The notes: a model not told the origin generated them from the sequence alone. Positions 18,256 through 28,424 are shown, numbered from the stretch's first letter. The stretch is DNA of 31,976 bases from Candidatus Nanohaloarchaea archaeon (GCA_042217585.1 JBDGSJ010000003.1:1-31976); one strand, 5' to 3'. Numbers and translations: made by a program.

Positions 18256-19383
18256 TCAGAGAGGTGGAAGGACCGCGGCGATGTATCCCGCGCCTATGAA
18301 GGTGCCCAGCGCACTTCCAAGAGTAACAAAGACGAACGCCAGGAGTATCCTGCCCACCTGGTTCGTCCAGAGCGCCCTGTAACTGGCCAGATGGGCGACC
18401 TCCTCAAGTTCCTGGACCGACGGGGGCCTTATCTTCCCCTCGGTGTAGGCAGCCACCATCCCGGCGCCCAGTGCCGGGTCGATCGATGTGATGGGAGCGG
18501 CAAGGAAAGATACCAGCCATGTCACAGGATGGGTCCCGGCGAGGACAGCTCCGAGCATCGAAAGGAAGCTGTTTATCAGCACGAAGAAGACGGTGGCCTG
18601 GACTGCGGTGGAGAAGTCGGTCGTCATGAACCCGTAGGAAAGCGAACCTAATACGAACAGGGGTAGCCCGTACTTAAACGCTTTCAGCCAGGGAAAACTG
18701 TCCGACTCCCGGGGAACGTATTCGGGACCGGACCTCAGCGATTCCGCGATACCCTCGACGTGAGCGGCACCTACAACAACCACGGCCGAGTCAAAATCCT
18801 TCTCAAGGAGTTTCTCGGCCATGAAATCGTTCCTCTCATCGAGGAAGACTCTCTTGATCGTGGGGAAGTCGTCCTCCAACTTCCTGATAAACGTGTTGAG
18901 TATGCTTTCCTGTTTGAGTTCCTGGACCTCAACTTCCTCCCCGACCACCATCAGTGATGACAGAAGCCTGAACTTCTCGGTCCAGGTCAACTGGTCCATC
19001 ACTCTCCTGAAGGTCTTGTTTATGTCCCTGTCAAGCAGGGCGAATTCTACTCCGCTGTCCTCCGCCGCACTGATCGCTTCCATCAGTTCAGCACCCGGTT
19101 TCATCCCTTCCTCTAGCCCCAGCCTCCTCTGAAATATGGAGAGCAACAGGTTGAGGAAAAGCAGGTAGCCCTGACCCTGCCTGATGGCATCAACTGCGTC
19201 CAGATCCCTCCAGCCGGATTCCTCTCTGAGGGAATCATATCGGTTCTCGTCCAGTTCCACTCCGACTAGGTCCGGCTCTTCGCTCTCGATGGTTTCGCGG
19301 ACCTCTCTCCGGCTCTCCTGCGAGATATGGGCGGTCCCCACGATAGTTATCTCGCGGTCCCCGACGGAGACCTTTTTCCTCAT
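18256..19383 (-). CDS. TraB/PrgY/GumN-family protein
   Basis: VGTAHIS, VGVELD..R, PGAEL, DRDI..T, FLDERNDFMA, VVGAAH, C-terminal TMs; start at ATG 19383. Confidence 0.9.
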   Translation of the reverse strand: MRKKVSVGDREITIVGTAHISQESRREVRETIESEEPDLVGVELDENRYDSLREESGWRDLDAVDAIRQGQGYLLFLNLLLSIFQRRLGLEEGMKPGAELMEAISAAEDSGVEFALLDRDINKTFRRVMDQLTWTEKFRLLSSLMVVGEEVEVQELKQESILNTFIRKLEDDFPTIKRVFLDERNDFMAEKLLEKDFDSAVVVVGAAHVEGIAESLRSGPEYVPRESDSFPWLKAFKYGLPLFVLGSLSYGFMTTDFSTAVQATVFFVLINSFLSMLGAVLAGTHPVTWLVSFLAAPITSIDPALGAGMVAAYTEGKIRPPSVQELEEVAHLASYRALWTNQVGRILLAFVFVTLGSALGTFIGAGYIAAVLPPL

Positions 19384-19579
19384 GGAGAAAAAGAAACGAA
19401 CCACCTATTTAAATTCATTACAGGTCTCCGGCACCCGTTCAGCAAAACCGGTCGGCTCGGGGATTTATATGTCGGCCCGGGAATCCATCTCATGGAAGGG
19501 AGGCACGAACAGATTTTAAAGGAGTACATCCCATTAATGTATCGTAAGGTGACCTAAAATAGCCAGCAAAGAGGAGAAG

Positions 19580-19924
19580 TTGAACGAGCCTTTGGATGAT
19601 TTGAATGATGTTCAGGGTATCAAGGGTGCGGCTGTGGTCCGGAGGGACGGACTTTTGATCGCGTCCAACCTCGGACAGGACATCGATGACGACCAGGTCG
19701 GCGCAATGACCGCATCCACAGTAGGCTCAGGAGAAACCGCCAGCGAAGCCCTCAAAATGGGCGAAGTCAACCAAGTCACAATCGAAAGCGAAAACGGGAA
19801 ACTCGTGTCGACAGGTGCTGGCGAGGAAGGTATACTGACCATACTTACGGACTCAGACGTGAACATGGGGCTTGTCAAGGTAGAGATGAAGAACGCCACA
19901 GAAAAGATAAAGCGGGTTCTCTGA
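19580..19924 (+). CDS. Roadblock/LC7 (MglB-like) domain protein
   Basis: GIKGAAVVRRDGLLIAS...VGAMTA...IESENG...NMGLV; TTG start after GAGGAG. Confidence 0.9.
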   Translation: MNEPLDDLNDVQGIKGAAVVRRDGLLIASNLGQDIDDDQVGAMTASTVGSGETASEALKMGEVNQVTIESENGKLVSTGAGEEGILTILTDSDVNMGLVKVEMKNATEKIKRVL

Positions 19925-19939
19925 TAACCTGGTTAGCCG

Positions 19940-20632
19940 TCATTCTTTCCTGCGCGTGTAAACCTCTATCCTCTGAGGGAATATATCGTCCAGCAGTTCC
20001 TCGAGCTTTTCTCTTTTCCGCTCCATGGTATCTCTCTTCTCCTCGAGCTCCTCCTCTATATCCTCCATCTTCTTCTCCTTCATCTTCTTCTGTCTCCTGA
20101 GCACCTGGGCCTGGTCGCGGTCCCCTTCATCTTCCATCTCCTCTATCCTGTCCTCAAGTTCCTGGGCCTCTATGTAGTTCTTCTCCTGTTCGAGTTCTTC
20201 TATCCTCGACTTCGCTTCTTCGAGAGAATCCACCTGTGACTTGATCCGGGACCTCTTCTCTATGAGATCGTAGTGGTTCTCGTAGAACTCCCTGAAATCC
20301 CTGAAAAGAGAATCGAACTCCTCGAACTTCCGGGAAAGTTCCTCCCCGGATTCCTCCGCCCGTCCCGAGAACTCCTGTCGGAGGACCTCCACGTGGGATT
20401 TCATCTCGTCAACGTCTTCCGGAACCCGGAAATCCTCCAGAAACCGGTAGAAACCGTCTTTCCTTCCGTAATTTTCCTTCACCTCGCTGTCTATCTCTTC
20501 GATGACTGACTGGAACTTCTGTCTCCATTCCTCTCCCTCCTGCTTGAGCCTCCGGGTCTCCTCCTTCCTCGTCCGATCGAAGAACTTCAGGGAGTTCGAT
20601 GCCCTGATCCGGACCTTCTCCTCACCCCTCAA
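19940..20632 (-). CDS. Hypothetical coiled-coil protein
   Basis: E/K/R-rich heptad pattern; start uncertain because the frame stays open upstream (..LGSLLNF). Confidence 0.7.
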   Translation of the reverse strand: MRGEEKVRIRASNSLKFFDRTRKEETRRLKQEGEEWRQKFQSVIEEIDSEVKENYGRKDGFYRFLEDFRVPEDVDEMKSHVEVLRQEFSGRAEESGEELSRKFEEFDSLFRDFREFYENHYDLIEKRSRIKSQVDSLEEAKSRIEELEQEKNYIEAQELEDRIEEMEDEGDRDQAQVLRRQKKMKEKKMEDIEEELEEKRDTMERKREKLEELLDDIFPQRIEVYTRRKE

Positions 20633-20774
20633 GAAGTTGAGCAGAGATCCAAGTACTATCCTGATCCACCCTATCCAAGTTTTGAGAGCGGTACAACTTG
20701 AAATTTCCGGTCCGGAATCCCCCGTCTGTCCATCTCCCGGCCTGTTTTTAACTCTTCAGGAGTAAAAAGATTTC

Positions 20775-21326
20775 ATGGGTCGTCCGTTCAGCTCTTACGA
20801 TAAATCATATGAGTCACCGGAGAGCCGCGAGAAATCGAACGTAGAGGACCGCCTGAGGTGGGCGAAGGAGTTCCTGGGTAGTTCCCTTCTTTCGCTGGAG
20901 ACCGAGGAACCGGAGGAGAACAGCCTAGAGGTCCGGTGCTACGATGACGGCGCGCACGCGACCTTGAGGATTGAGTCGGAGCAGGAGATACAGGGGATGA
21001 CTCTGGATGGCGATGTCGAGAGGGTTAGGACCCATGGCACGGGCCATGAGAGCCACATACCGTTGAAGAGATACGATAGGTCGGTCGAGAACTTCCCCGA
21101 CAGCTCGGTATCCTACTGGCAGGACAACAGGGTAGAGAACGAGAACTTCGAGGCACCCGACCGTTTCGGGGTTCTCACACGGATAGGACCTGTATCCGAC
21201 GACGTGGAGATAAGGAAGGCTCAGACCCGGGATGATAAGCCGCTCCTGTCCACACTCCTCGGCGGAAGTTTCAGGAAGGACATTTTCAGGTCTCTTGCCG
21301 AGAGATACGAGGCGGAGAAGGATTAG
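20775..21326 (+). CDS. Hypothetical protein
   Basis: ATG start downstream of TTTTAA; acidic; stop overlaps the convergent gene. Confidence 0.65.
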   Translation: MGRPFSSYDKSYESPESREKSNVEDRLRWAKEFLGSSLLSLETEEPEENSLEVRCYDDGAHATLRIESEQEIQGMTLDGDVERVRTHGTGHESHIPLKRYDRSVENFPDSSVSYWQDNRVENENFEAPDRFGVLTRIGPVSDDVEIRKAQTRDDKPLLSTLLGGSFRKDIFRSLAERYEAEKD

Positions 21327-21601
21327 AGGTTCTGGCTCAGGCTTTCAGGGAGTTCCAGCCCTGAAGTATCCATATCCTCTATCTCCCGGGCGATCAGTGT
21401 CGCGGCGAGGTTACCTGATATATCGGTGTAACTGTCTATCAGGTCCTCCAGGACTTCTTCGCCGTCGCCGGTCACGGTCCTGACGTTGCCGCTTTCATCG
21501 GTTTCGACACCGTTTTCACGTGCTATCTCGAGGGCCCGGTCGCCCAGCACATCTATCTCTTTCTTCACGCTAGCCTCTATTACATCGGAGTAATCAGACA
21601 T
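21323..21601 (-). CDS. Small helical hypothetical protein
   Basis: 92 aa, acidic, GGTGA Shine-Dalgarno-like motif before ATG; directly downstream of 21610-21900. Confidence 0.75.
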   Translation of the reverse strand: MSDYSDVIEASVKKEIDVLGDRALEIARENGVETDESGNVRTVTGDGEEVLEDLIDSYTDISGNLAATLIAREIEDMDTSGLELPESLSQNL

Positions 21602-21609
21602 CTTATCAC

Positions 21610-21900
21610 CTAGGTTAGTGCCTCGTAGTTGTAGTGCGCCACTGCGGCCACGAACACGGACCCGGCCAGGAAAAGCGCCCCGGCGATGGTCCTCATATCG
21701 AGGAATGCCACATCTGTTACCAGCTGGATAATGAAAAGCACGTAGCCGACGATGAACAGCATTATCAGTGCCGTGAGCCTGTCCCAGGCTTCTTTAAGTC
21801 TTCCCCTTCCGAGTTTCTCCCGGAGTCTGTAAGCCTTGAAGGCACTGTAAAAAAGCACCACAACCCCCACAAGAGTCACGGCGAGAGCAGCATACTTCAT
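21610..21900 (-). CDS. Small 3-TM membrane protein
   Basis: Three hydrophobic segments with a basic loop. Confidence 0.75.
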   Translation of the reverse strand: MKYAALAVTLVGVVVLFYSAFKAYRLREKLGRGRLKEAWDRLTALIMLFIVGYVLFIIQLVTDVAFLDMRTIAGALFLAGSVFVAAVAHYNYEALT

Positions 21901-21980
21901 AACAGGACCTTCAACGGTGCTGAATAAAACTCTTGTGGTCCAGCAGCGGAACTTCCGCTGAATTGAGAAAGACTTCTGTT

Positions 21981-22063
<83 letters not shown>

Positions 22064-22168
22064 TTCACGTGAACAGTTCCCTCAGGAAATTATTTTAATT
22101 GCGGTCCTGACCGGTCTGCCAAAGTTGTTTAAACTATTGGACCGCGTCTTGAACTGGGTGGAGGACCG

Positions 22169-22774
22169 CTGATAGATTTCAAGGGATTCAAGGTCTTCTG
22201 GGAGGGCAACGGTTCAGTGCGTGTCGTGGATAACGGATTCACTGTGTCTGTCAATCCTGCCTCTCCTCACACGGGAAACTACGATGCAGACCTCATATTA
22301 GTGACAGGTGAGGAGGCGCTGGAACGGGAAAAAATCGGGGAGATCTCCGGAAAGAGATCCTGTGTGGTCCTTCCGGGCTCTTCGAGCGAGGAAGCTGTCG
22401 ACTGCCGTGATGTAGAGCTTATACACGAGGGAGAGACCATAGATATCTTCGGCATCGAGATAGAGTCTGTTCCCCGGGGGAAGGGTACCGGTTACCGTTT
22501 CGTGATGCGAGATACATCTTTCTACGTGGCTGACAGCATCGGGTCATGGGACACGCCCCTGGAGTTCGAGAACGAGGTGAACTTCGCGTTCGTGCCCCTG
22601 GGAGATCCGGAGAATAGGGACGTCGGAGAAGCGGTGAGGACCGTCGTAGGGCTGAAGCCGGACCTGGCGGTGCCTTACCAGTACAATACTGGTGATACTG
22701 CTCCGGCGGAGAGGTTCAGAAACGAGATCGAGGCGCGGAGCATCCGGTGCGAGATCATCGAACCTGAGAGCTAG
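22169..22774 (+). CDS. Degenerate metallo-beta-lactamase-fold protein (UlaG-like)
   Basis: VSVNP..ADLILVT, GYRF..FYVAD, KPDLAVPYQY; HxHxDH absent; start probably CTG 22169 (ORF track uses GTG 22217). Confidence 0.7.
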   Translation: MIDFKGFKVFWEGNGSVRVVDNGFTVSVNPASPHTGNYDADLILVTGEEALEREKIGEISGKRSCVVLPGSSSEEAVDCRDVELIHEGETIDIFGIEIESVPRGKGTGYRFVMRDTSFYVADSIGSWDTPLEFENEVNFAFVPLGDPENRDVGEAVRTVVGLKPDLAVPYQYNTGDTAPAERFRNEIEARSIRCEIIEPES

Positions 22775-23211
22775 ATGAAAAGCAGTTCGGCCGCCCTGAT
22801 CCGTAACTTGTTGATCAGTCCATGCGCCCTGTAATCCAGGGCATCCGTCCTTATCTTCTTTTTCAGGGTCTTTATAGGGGTGTCGGAGGTCCCGATCTGC
22901 TGTATGTCAGAGGCTGTGGTGTTCACGGTTACCGTCGGGTCCTTGAAACGTCCTGACTCTATCTTGTGGATTGTCGCCCCGTTCATGTGTATCGAATAGG
23001 TCCTGGCGTCATCTCCCATGGAAAGATGGAGATTTATCCTCTGCTCTCCTATCAGAATCCCGAATATATCGGCAAGAATGCCCGTATTCCCGTTTATCGC
23101 TCCTTTCAGTCCGCCCAGCTTGTTGTCATCCAGGTTGGAGCCTGCCTGAGCCGTGGCGAAGGCAGTGGTCGAAAGGAGGAGGACCCCGAAGACTGCTAGC
23201 TTTCTGCCCAT
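22771..23211 (-). CDS. Hypothetical secreted protein (possibly SCP2-like fold)
   Basis: Signal peptide MGRKLAVFGVLLLSTTAFATA; PTVTVNTT strand pattern. Confidence 0.6.
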   Translation of the reverse strand: MGRKLAVFGVLLLSTTAFATAQAGSNLDDNKLGGLKGAINGNTGILADIFGILIGEQRINLHLSMGDDARTYSIHMNGATIHKIESGRFKDPTVTVNTTASDIQQIGTSDTPIKTLKKKIRTDALDYRAHGLINKLRIRAAELLFI

Positions 23212-23241
23212 ATCTCAGGTTTTTATTCCAGGGTTTTATTT

Positions 23242-23907
23242 CTAATGCGGGCCAGAGTTCCCTGAGGCCGTGTGGATGAAGTTCTTGAGCACCTTTTTCG
23301 TCCTTTCCGCCTTCCGGTGGTTCTCACCGTGGACCTGCTCGATGAGTTCCCTCGTTCGGTTTTCTGTGAAATCTTTCCTCTTGATCACTCTTTCCGTGTA
23401 CTCCATATCGTACTCGGGGTGGAACTGCACCCCGAATACATCCCTCTCCCTGTGCTCGATGCCGTGCAGGCAGACATCATTCGAGGCTATCTCCGTGAAA
23501 TCCCCGGGGACCTCACTTACCTCGTCCTGGTGGGTTATGAACGGTCTCTCGACACCTGAGAGACCGCGGAATATCGGGGAGTCCTCCAGCCATACCTTCC
23601 GGTAACCGATCTCGTACTCTCCCATGCACCTGATCTCGCCGCCGAAAGCCTTCGCTATCGCCTGGTGGCCGAAGCAGACGCCGAGAAGAGGTATCCCTGC
23701 TTCGACGTACTCCCTTATCTTCTCCAGTAACGGCTGGATCCACGGCTGGTCCTCGTAGACGCCGTGCTTCGAACCGGTAACGATGACGGCGTCAGGGTCC
23801 TCCGGGAACTCGTTCTCCTGGACGTCGTATACCCTGGGAGATGGAAGGTACTGCTCGAAGCAGTCGAACTGTTCATCGGTCGAGGCGTCCAGCACTGATA
23901 AATCCAT
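23242..23907 (-). CDS. Type 1 glutamine amidotransferase (stand-alone)
   Basis: VTGS, LGVCFGHQ, HQDEV, GVQFHPE catalytic triad. Confidence 0.9.
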   Translation of the reverse strand: MDLSVLDASTDEQFDCFEQYLPSPRVYDVQENEFPEDPDAVIVTGSKHGVYEDQPWIQPLLEKIREYVEAGIPLLGVCFGHQAIAKAFGGEIRCMGEYEIGYRKVWLEDSPIFRGLSGVERPFITHQDEVSEVPGDFTEIASNDVCLHGIEHRERDVFGVQFHPEYDMEYTERVIKRKDFTENRTRELIEQVHGENHRKAERTKKVLKNFIHTASGNSGPH

Positions 23908-23928
23908 GTTCAAAGGTTACCAGCGACA

Positions 23929-25650
23929 TCACTTCACTGTTACGCTTTTGGCGAGGTTACGGGGCTTGTCCGGGTTGTTCCCCTTCTTTACCGCGGTCCG
24001 GTACGCCAGCATCTGGAACGGCACGACCTCAAGCAGTTCCCTGTTCTCGTCCTCAGGGACCTCTATGAAGAAATCCGGGTCGCCGACAGGTTCACTGCCT
24101 GACTGGATTATGTCGGCTCCACGGGACTGTGCCTCCTTCATGTTCGAGATTATCTCCTCCCTCCCGGTCTCCTTGACAAAAGTGAATACAGGCGTGCCGT
24201 CCTCAACGAGCGCTATCGTCCCGTGCTTGAACTCCCCGCCCGGGAAAGCCTCAGAGTGGATGTAGGAAACCTCCTTCAGCTTCAGCGACGCCTCCTCTGC
24301 CATCTCCACACCGCGGTGACGCCCTATGAAGTATGCGTGCTCCCGGTCCAGCAGGTAGTCGCTGAGCTCCTCAACCGTGTCCTCGTTCGCCTCAATCACG
24401 TCCTGTATCTTCTCCGCGGTCTCCAGGAGAGATTCACGCCCTTCCTCAATCCGGTCCTCCGCCGCGTAACTCAGCAACCTGAGGACCGCAAGCTGGGCGG
24501 TGAACGCCTTCGTGGATGCAACCCCGATCTCCGGGCCGGCATTGATGTACAGGGTGTGGTCGGCGTTTCTCGCGAGAGTGGAGCCGACTACGTTCACAAC
24601 GGACAGGACATCGCAGTCCACCTCTTCCAGCATGGAGAGCAGGTCGGCGGTCTCCCCGCTCTGGCTGATCGCTACCACGAGATCGTTTTCATCCACGCGG
24701 TCCGCGATGTACTCCAGTTCGTGTGATAGGTGTGCCTCGACATCCACCCCCGCTGAATCCAGGTACTTCGCCCCGAGCTTCGCGGCAAAGCTTGAAGTCC
24801 CGCAGCCGGTCAGGTAGACCTTTCCGGACTCATCCATCATCTCTACGGCTTCCTCAAGGTCGCTGCGGTCCTGGAATACTGCACGGGAGACGGTGTTCTG
24901 CTGATGCCTGATCTCTTTCTGCATGAAATGGCTGTAGCCCTCCTTCGATGCCTGCTCTGCGTCCCAGTCAATCTCCTCGACCTCTCGCTGGACCTTTTCT
25001 CCCTCTGAATAGATCTCGTACCCGCCGTCCATGTGGACCAGGTCGCCGTCCTCCAGGAAGACCGCCCTTTCCGTGTGTTCAAGGAAAGGAGTGACGTCAG
25101 ACGCCAGGTAGAGATCCTCCTCTCCCACGCCGAGAACCAGGGGCGAGTCCTGCCTGAACGCGACCATTTCACCTGAGTCCATAACTGCGGCGACGGCGTA
25201 AGAACCTTCAAGTCGGTCCATCACCTTTATCGCGGCCTCCCTCAGGGAGTGGTCCTCAAGGTACTCCTCCATGAGGTGCGGAATAACCTCTGTATCGGTC
25301 TCCGAAGTGAATTCATGGCCCTCTAGTCCCTCTCTGAGCTCCTCGTAGTTGTTTATTATTCCGTTGTGCACGACCGCGACCTGGTTCTCGCAGTCGACAT
25401 GCGGGTGGGCGTTCCGGTCGTTCACTCCTCCGTGGGTCGCCCAGCGGGTATGTCCGATTCCTGAGGTCCCGTCGATCTCGGCCTCGGCGGCCTCGTCTAT
25501 AGTTCCCTCGCCTTTCTCAACCTTTATGGTGGGGTTTCCTGCGGTCGCGATACCGGCCGAGTCGTAACCCCTGTACTCTAGTTTCTTGAGTCCACGGAAC
25601 ACTTTCTCCGCGGCTTCATCTTTTCCGTAGTATCCGACTATCCCGCACAT
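23929..25650 (-). CDS. glmS: Glutamine--fructose-6-phosphate transaminase (isomerizing)
   Basis: MCGIVG, LEYRGYDSAG, GHTRWATHG, SQSGETAD, VASTKAF, PRNLAKSVTV. Confidence 0.98.
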   Translation of the reverse strand: MCGIVGYYGKDEAAEKVFRGLKKLEYRGYDSAGIATAGNPTIKVEKGEGTIDEAAEAEIDGTSGIGHTRWATHGGVNDRNAHPHVDCENQVAVVHNGIINNYEELREGLEGHEFTSETDTEVIPHLMEEYLEDHSLREAAIKVMDRLEGSYAVAAVMDSGEMVAFRQDSPLVLGVGEEDLYLASDVTPFLEHTERAVFLEDGDLVHMDGGYEIYSEGEKVQREVEEIDWDAEQASKEGYSHFMQKEIRHQQNTVSRAVFQDRSDLEEAVEMMDESGKVYLTGCGTSSFAAKLGAKYLDSAGVDVEAHLSHELEYIADRVDENDLVVAISQSGETADLLSMLEEVDCDVLSVVNVVGSTLARNADHTLYINAGPEIGVASTKAFTAQLAVLRLLSYAAEDRIEEGRESLLETAEKIQDVIEANEDTVEELSDYLLDREHAYFIGRHRGVEMAEEASLKLKEVSYIHSEAFPGGEFKHGTIALVEDGTPVFTFVKETGREEIISNMKEAQSRGADIIQSGSEPVGDPDFFIEVPEDENRELLEVVPFQMLAYRTAVKKGNNPDKPRNLAKSVTVK

Positions 25651-25820
25651 AACCTACAGGATGGACATGCAAGTTTATAAATAATTCCTCTCCGGCCTGT
25701 AAACCAGTAAAAGAGAGCCTAAAGCGGGCAGGGGAGGGGCGACGGACCTCATCCCCTGAACGGCCGTTAAAACCCGGAAAGCATTAAAAGACTCACTCGA
25801 CCACTATAAAGAGTGTTGTA

Positions 25821-26729
25821 ATGGTCGAGCTGCTGAGGAGGAACGGAAAGGACGAGATACTGGACGCCGGGGAACTCGGTCCAGAGGAGCTGAAGGCGCT
25901 GACAGACCGGACCCGGCTGAAGATACTGAGGAAGCTCGCGGGAAATCCTTCCTACCCCTCGGAGATCGCGGAAGAACTCGGTATAGAGAAACAGAACGCG
26001 TACTACCACTTCAGGAAGCTTGAGGGCGCGGGACTGCTCGAGGTGGACCGGAAGGAGGAGAGAAGCGGAGGCGTCGCCACGTTCTACAGGCCGTCCAGAG
26101 GCGCCTATGCGCTGGACCTCGGGGGCGAGGGCTCGGAGATATTCCTCCCGGACCGTGGAGCCCAGAAATTCCTCACCCCTCTGGTCGAGGACGGAGAACT
26201 CAGGGGTTCGATAGTGGTGGGTTCTCCGGACCAGCACGGCCCCGACCAGGTGAGAGCCCGTGACGGCCATCTCGCCGCTGAGATAGGGCTGAAGCTGGGC
26301 CAGTATGGAGACTCTGAAGGGGTAGATACGATGCTGGACACGGAACTCTTCCGTGACTCGGAATTTGACCAGAACATGATACTTCTGGGAGGAGTGCTGA
26401 CCAACACCGCAACCAAGAAGTTCAACAGAGAGTTCCCCTCCTACTTCTCTGGCGAGAGCTTTCCCTACAGAGAGATAAAGACCCCCCGGTCAAAGTACAG
26501 CGAGGACACGATAGGGTTGATCGCAAGGACCGAACATCCCGGGGACCCGGAGAAGGCTCTCTACATGGTGGCGGGCATCAGGAACAAGGGAACCGAGGCA
26601 GCCGTGAGAGCATTCAAAAACCTGGAGTCATTACTTGATGATTACGAGGAAGGCGAGTTCCACCGGGTGGTCCGGGGACTCGACCTTGACGGGGACGGGG
26701 AGATAGATGACTACGAAGTGGTTGAATGA
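25821..26729 (+). CDS. ArsR-like HTH regulator with C-terminal alpha/beta domain
   Basis: ALTDRTRLKIL..YPSEIAEELG..AYYHFRKLEGAGLL; C-terminal IVVGSPDQHGP, ILLGG..TN. Confidence 0.82.
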   Translation: MVELLRRNGKDEILDAGELGPEELKALTDRTRLKILRKLAGNPSYPSEIAEELGIEKQNAYYHFRKLEGAGLLEVDRKEERSGGVATFYRPSRGAYALDLGGEGSEIFLPDRGAQKFLTPLVEDGELRGSIVVGSPDQHGPDQVRARDGHLAAEIGLKLGQYGDSEGVDTMLDTELFRDSEFDQNMILLGGVLTNTATKKFNREFPSYFSGESFPYREIKTPRSKYSEDTIGLIARTEHPGDPEKALYMVAGIRNKGTEAAVRAFKNLESLLDDYEEGEFHRVVRGLDLDGDGEIDDYEVVE

Positions 26730-26741
26730 GAGGTGCTTGAA

Positions 26742-27959
26742 ATGGGAGACTGGCAGGCATTCCAGACCGACGTCCTCGACGCCCTGAGACAGTACGAGGG
26801 CTTTTTCGACTTCATGGAGAGGATAGGCAGCCTCAGTGATGACTCCCGGCCCGACACTTTCTGCAGGATTTCCCGAGAGGACAAGAAAGAGGTCTGGGTT
26901 GTCGACGCAAAGAACAAGCCGTCGATCGACGAGGGGGACCTCAGAAGGATGGAGAAATACGTCGAGATGCTGAAATCAAAGCCGCTTGACGTCGGCCTGG
27001 AGATGGGAGAGATAGAGGAATACGAGTTCCGCGGAATCTTCGTCACCAGCGCCGGAGACCTCAGCCTGGAGAAATTTGAACAGGTGAAATCCGCGGAACT
27101 GCACCAGTTCCTCCAGCGCGAACTCGTCTACACGGACACGGACAGAGTGGTCCGGGACGTCGCAAAGATGGCGGAGAGATCCCAGCTCAGCCAGAGCCAG
27201 ATGAGACTGCTCTTCCAGTCCGTAAAACCGTTCGAGAAGAAGCTTGAAACCGTTCTGGAGGAACTCGGTAAGCTCGAAACCCGATACATCGGACTCGAGC
27301 TGATGGAACCTCCGCTCAGCTCCTTCGAATTTCAGGTACCGGTGGATGCCGTCCTGAGGCACGGCCCCCGGAACGCAGCGTTCCTCATCGACGTTCCTTA
27401 CCGCGAGGAGGACCTGGAGGTCCGGGAAAAAATAGAGAAGGTGAAGGATAGGATGGACTCTATCGAGAAAGACCTCTACTACGCGGCCGTCAGCACGTTC
27501 GGAGAGAGGGACCTCGAGCATGTTTACACCCCCGAGAGGCTCGAGAACGAGCTGAGGGAGACCGCAGGGATACTACCGCCCGAGTACTTCGCCAGGCTCT
27601 ACACCCCCAACGTCCCGACGGAGACCTTCTACGAGGAGGATTACGTCGAGGTCCGGGACAGCCGGCAGCTCGGGTTCCGTCTCCGGATATGGTCCGAAGA
27701 CGACGTGCGTCACAGGATCGAGGTTAACATCGGGTCCGAAGCCGCCTCAAGGATAAAGGACAACCGGATGAACGCGAGATCCGATTTCGGGGAAGTGATA
27801 AAGAACTCCTTCAGGCAGGAGGTGGAGGTGACAGAGGACCTCGATATCAGGCATGATGGAGGAACACAGGACCTTGCCAACTACCGCGACTCCGTCAGCA
27901 CTGTGTACAGCTCAGCGGTTAACCCTGTCTTCAGCCGCGAGATAAAGAAAAAAGTCTGA
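26742..27959 (+). CDS. Hypothetical protein with N-terminal restriction-endonuclease-like domain
   Basis: WQAFQ...RPD...VVDAKNK...GIFVT resembles Mrr-type PD-(D/E)XK; ATG 26742 follows GAGGTG. Confidence 0.6.
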   Translation: MGDWQAFQTDVLDALRQYEGFFDFMERIGSLSDDSRPDTFCRISREDKKEVWVVDAKNKPSIDEGDLRRMEKYVEMLKSKPLDVGLEMGEIEEYEFRGIFVTSAGDLSLEKFEQVKSAELHQFLQRELVYTDTDRVVRDVAKMAERSQLSQSQMRLLFQSVKPFEKKLETVLEELGKLETRYIGLELMEPPLSSFEFQVPVDAVLRHGPRNAAFLIDVPYREEDLEVREKIEKVKDRMDSIEKDLYYAAVSTFGERDLEHVYTPERLENELRETAGILPPEYFARLYTPNVPTETFYEEDYVEVRDSRQLGFRLRIWSEDDVRHRIEVNIGSEAASRIKDNRMNARSDFGEVIKNSFRQEVEVTEDLDIRHDGGTQDLANYRDSVSTVYSSAVNPVFSREIKKKV

Positions 27960-27998
27960 ACCGTTCGGCTTTTAACCTGCAGACCATCAAACAGATCC

Positions 27999-28424
27999 GT
28001 GGAAACAGAGAAGTTCAGGGAGAAAAAAGAACTGGAGGAGGTCGTTGAAAGACTGGACCGGGACCTCGACAGCGTGATCGTGGAGGGCTTCGAGGACCGG
28101 AGGATGATGCGGAAACTCGGGTTCTCCGGAAAGGTGTTCATGTCAGCCGAGAGATCCGTCGAGGACCTTGTCGAGGATGTCTCTAGGGGAGCCGAGGCAG
28201 TGGCGGTCCTGACCGATTTCGATGAGCACGGGAAGGAGGAGAGCAGGAAGCTGACCCGGGAACTGGACCGCGAGATCGATGTCGTTAAGTCCGCGAGGAA
28301 GGAGTTCGGCGCCCAGCTGACCTCGACCGGAAGAAGAGCGGTGGAGGACGTCAGACCTCTTTTCCAGGACCGGGAGAAGAAGTTCGTGGATGCAGCGCTG
28401 GACCGTCTCTTCTTCCGCGACTAG
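27999..28424 (+). CDS. Stand-alone TOPRIM-domain protein (RNase M5 / small primase-like)
   Basis: VIVEG..D and VLTDFDEHG motifs. Confidence 0.88.
   Translation: METEKFREKKELEEVVERLDRDLDSVIVEGFEDRRMMRKLGFSGKVFMSAERSVEDLVEDVSRGAEAVAVLTDFDEHGKEESRKLTRELDREIDVVKSARKEFGAQLTSTGRRAVEDVRPLFQDREKKFVDAALDRLFFRD

Noticed and set aside
25651..25820. Possible glmS ribozyme
   Set aside because: No conserved core seen; TTTATAAA about 24 nt from the ATG implies a leaderless transcript
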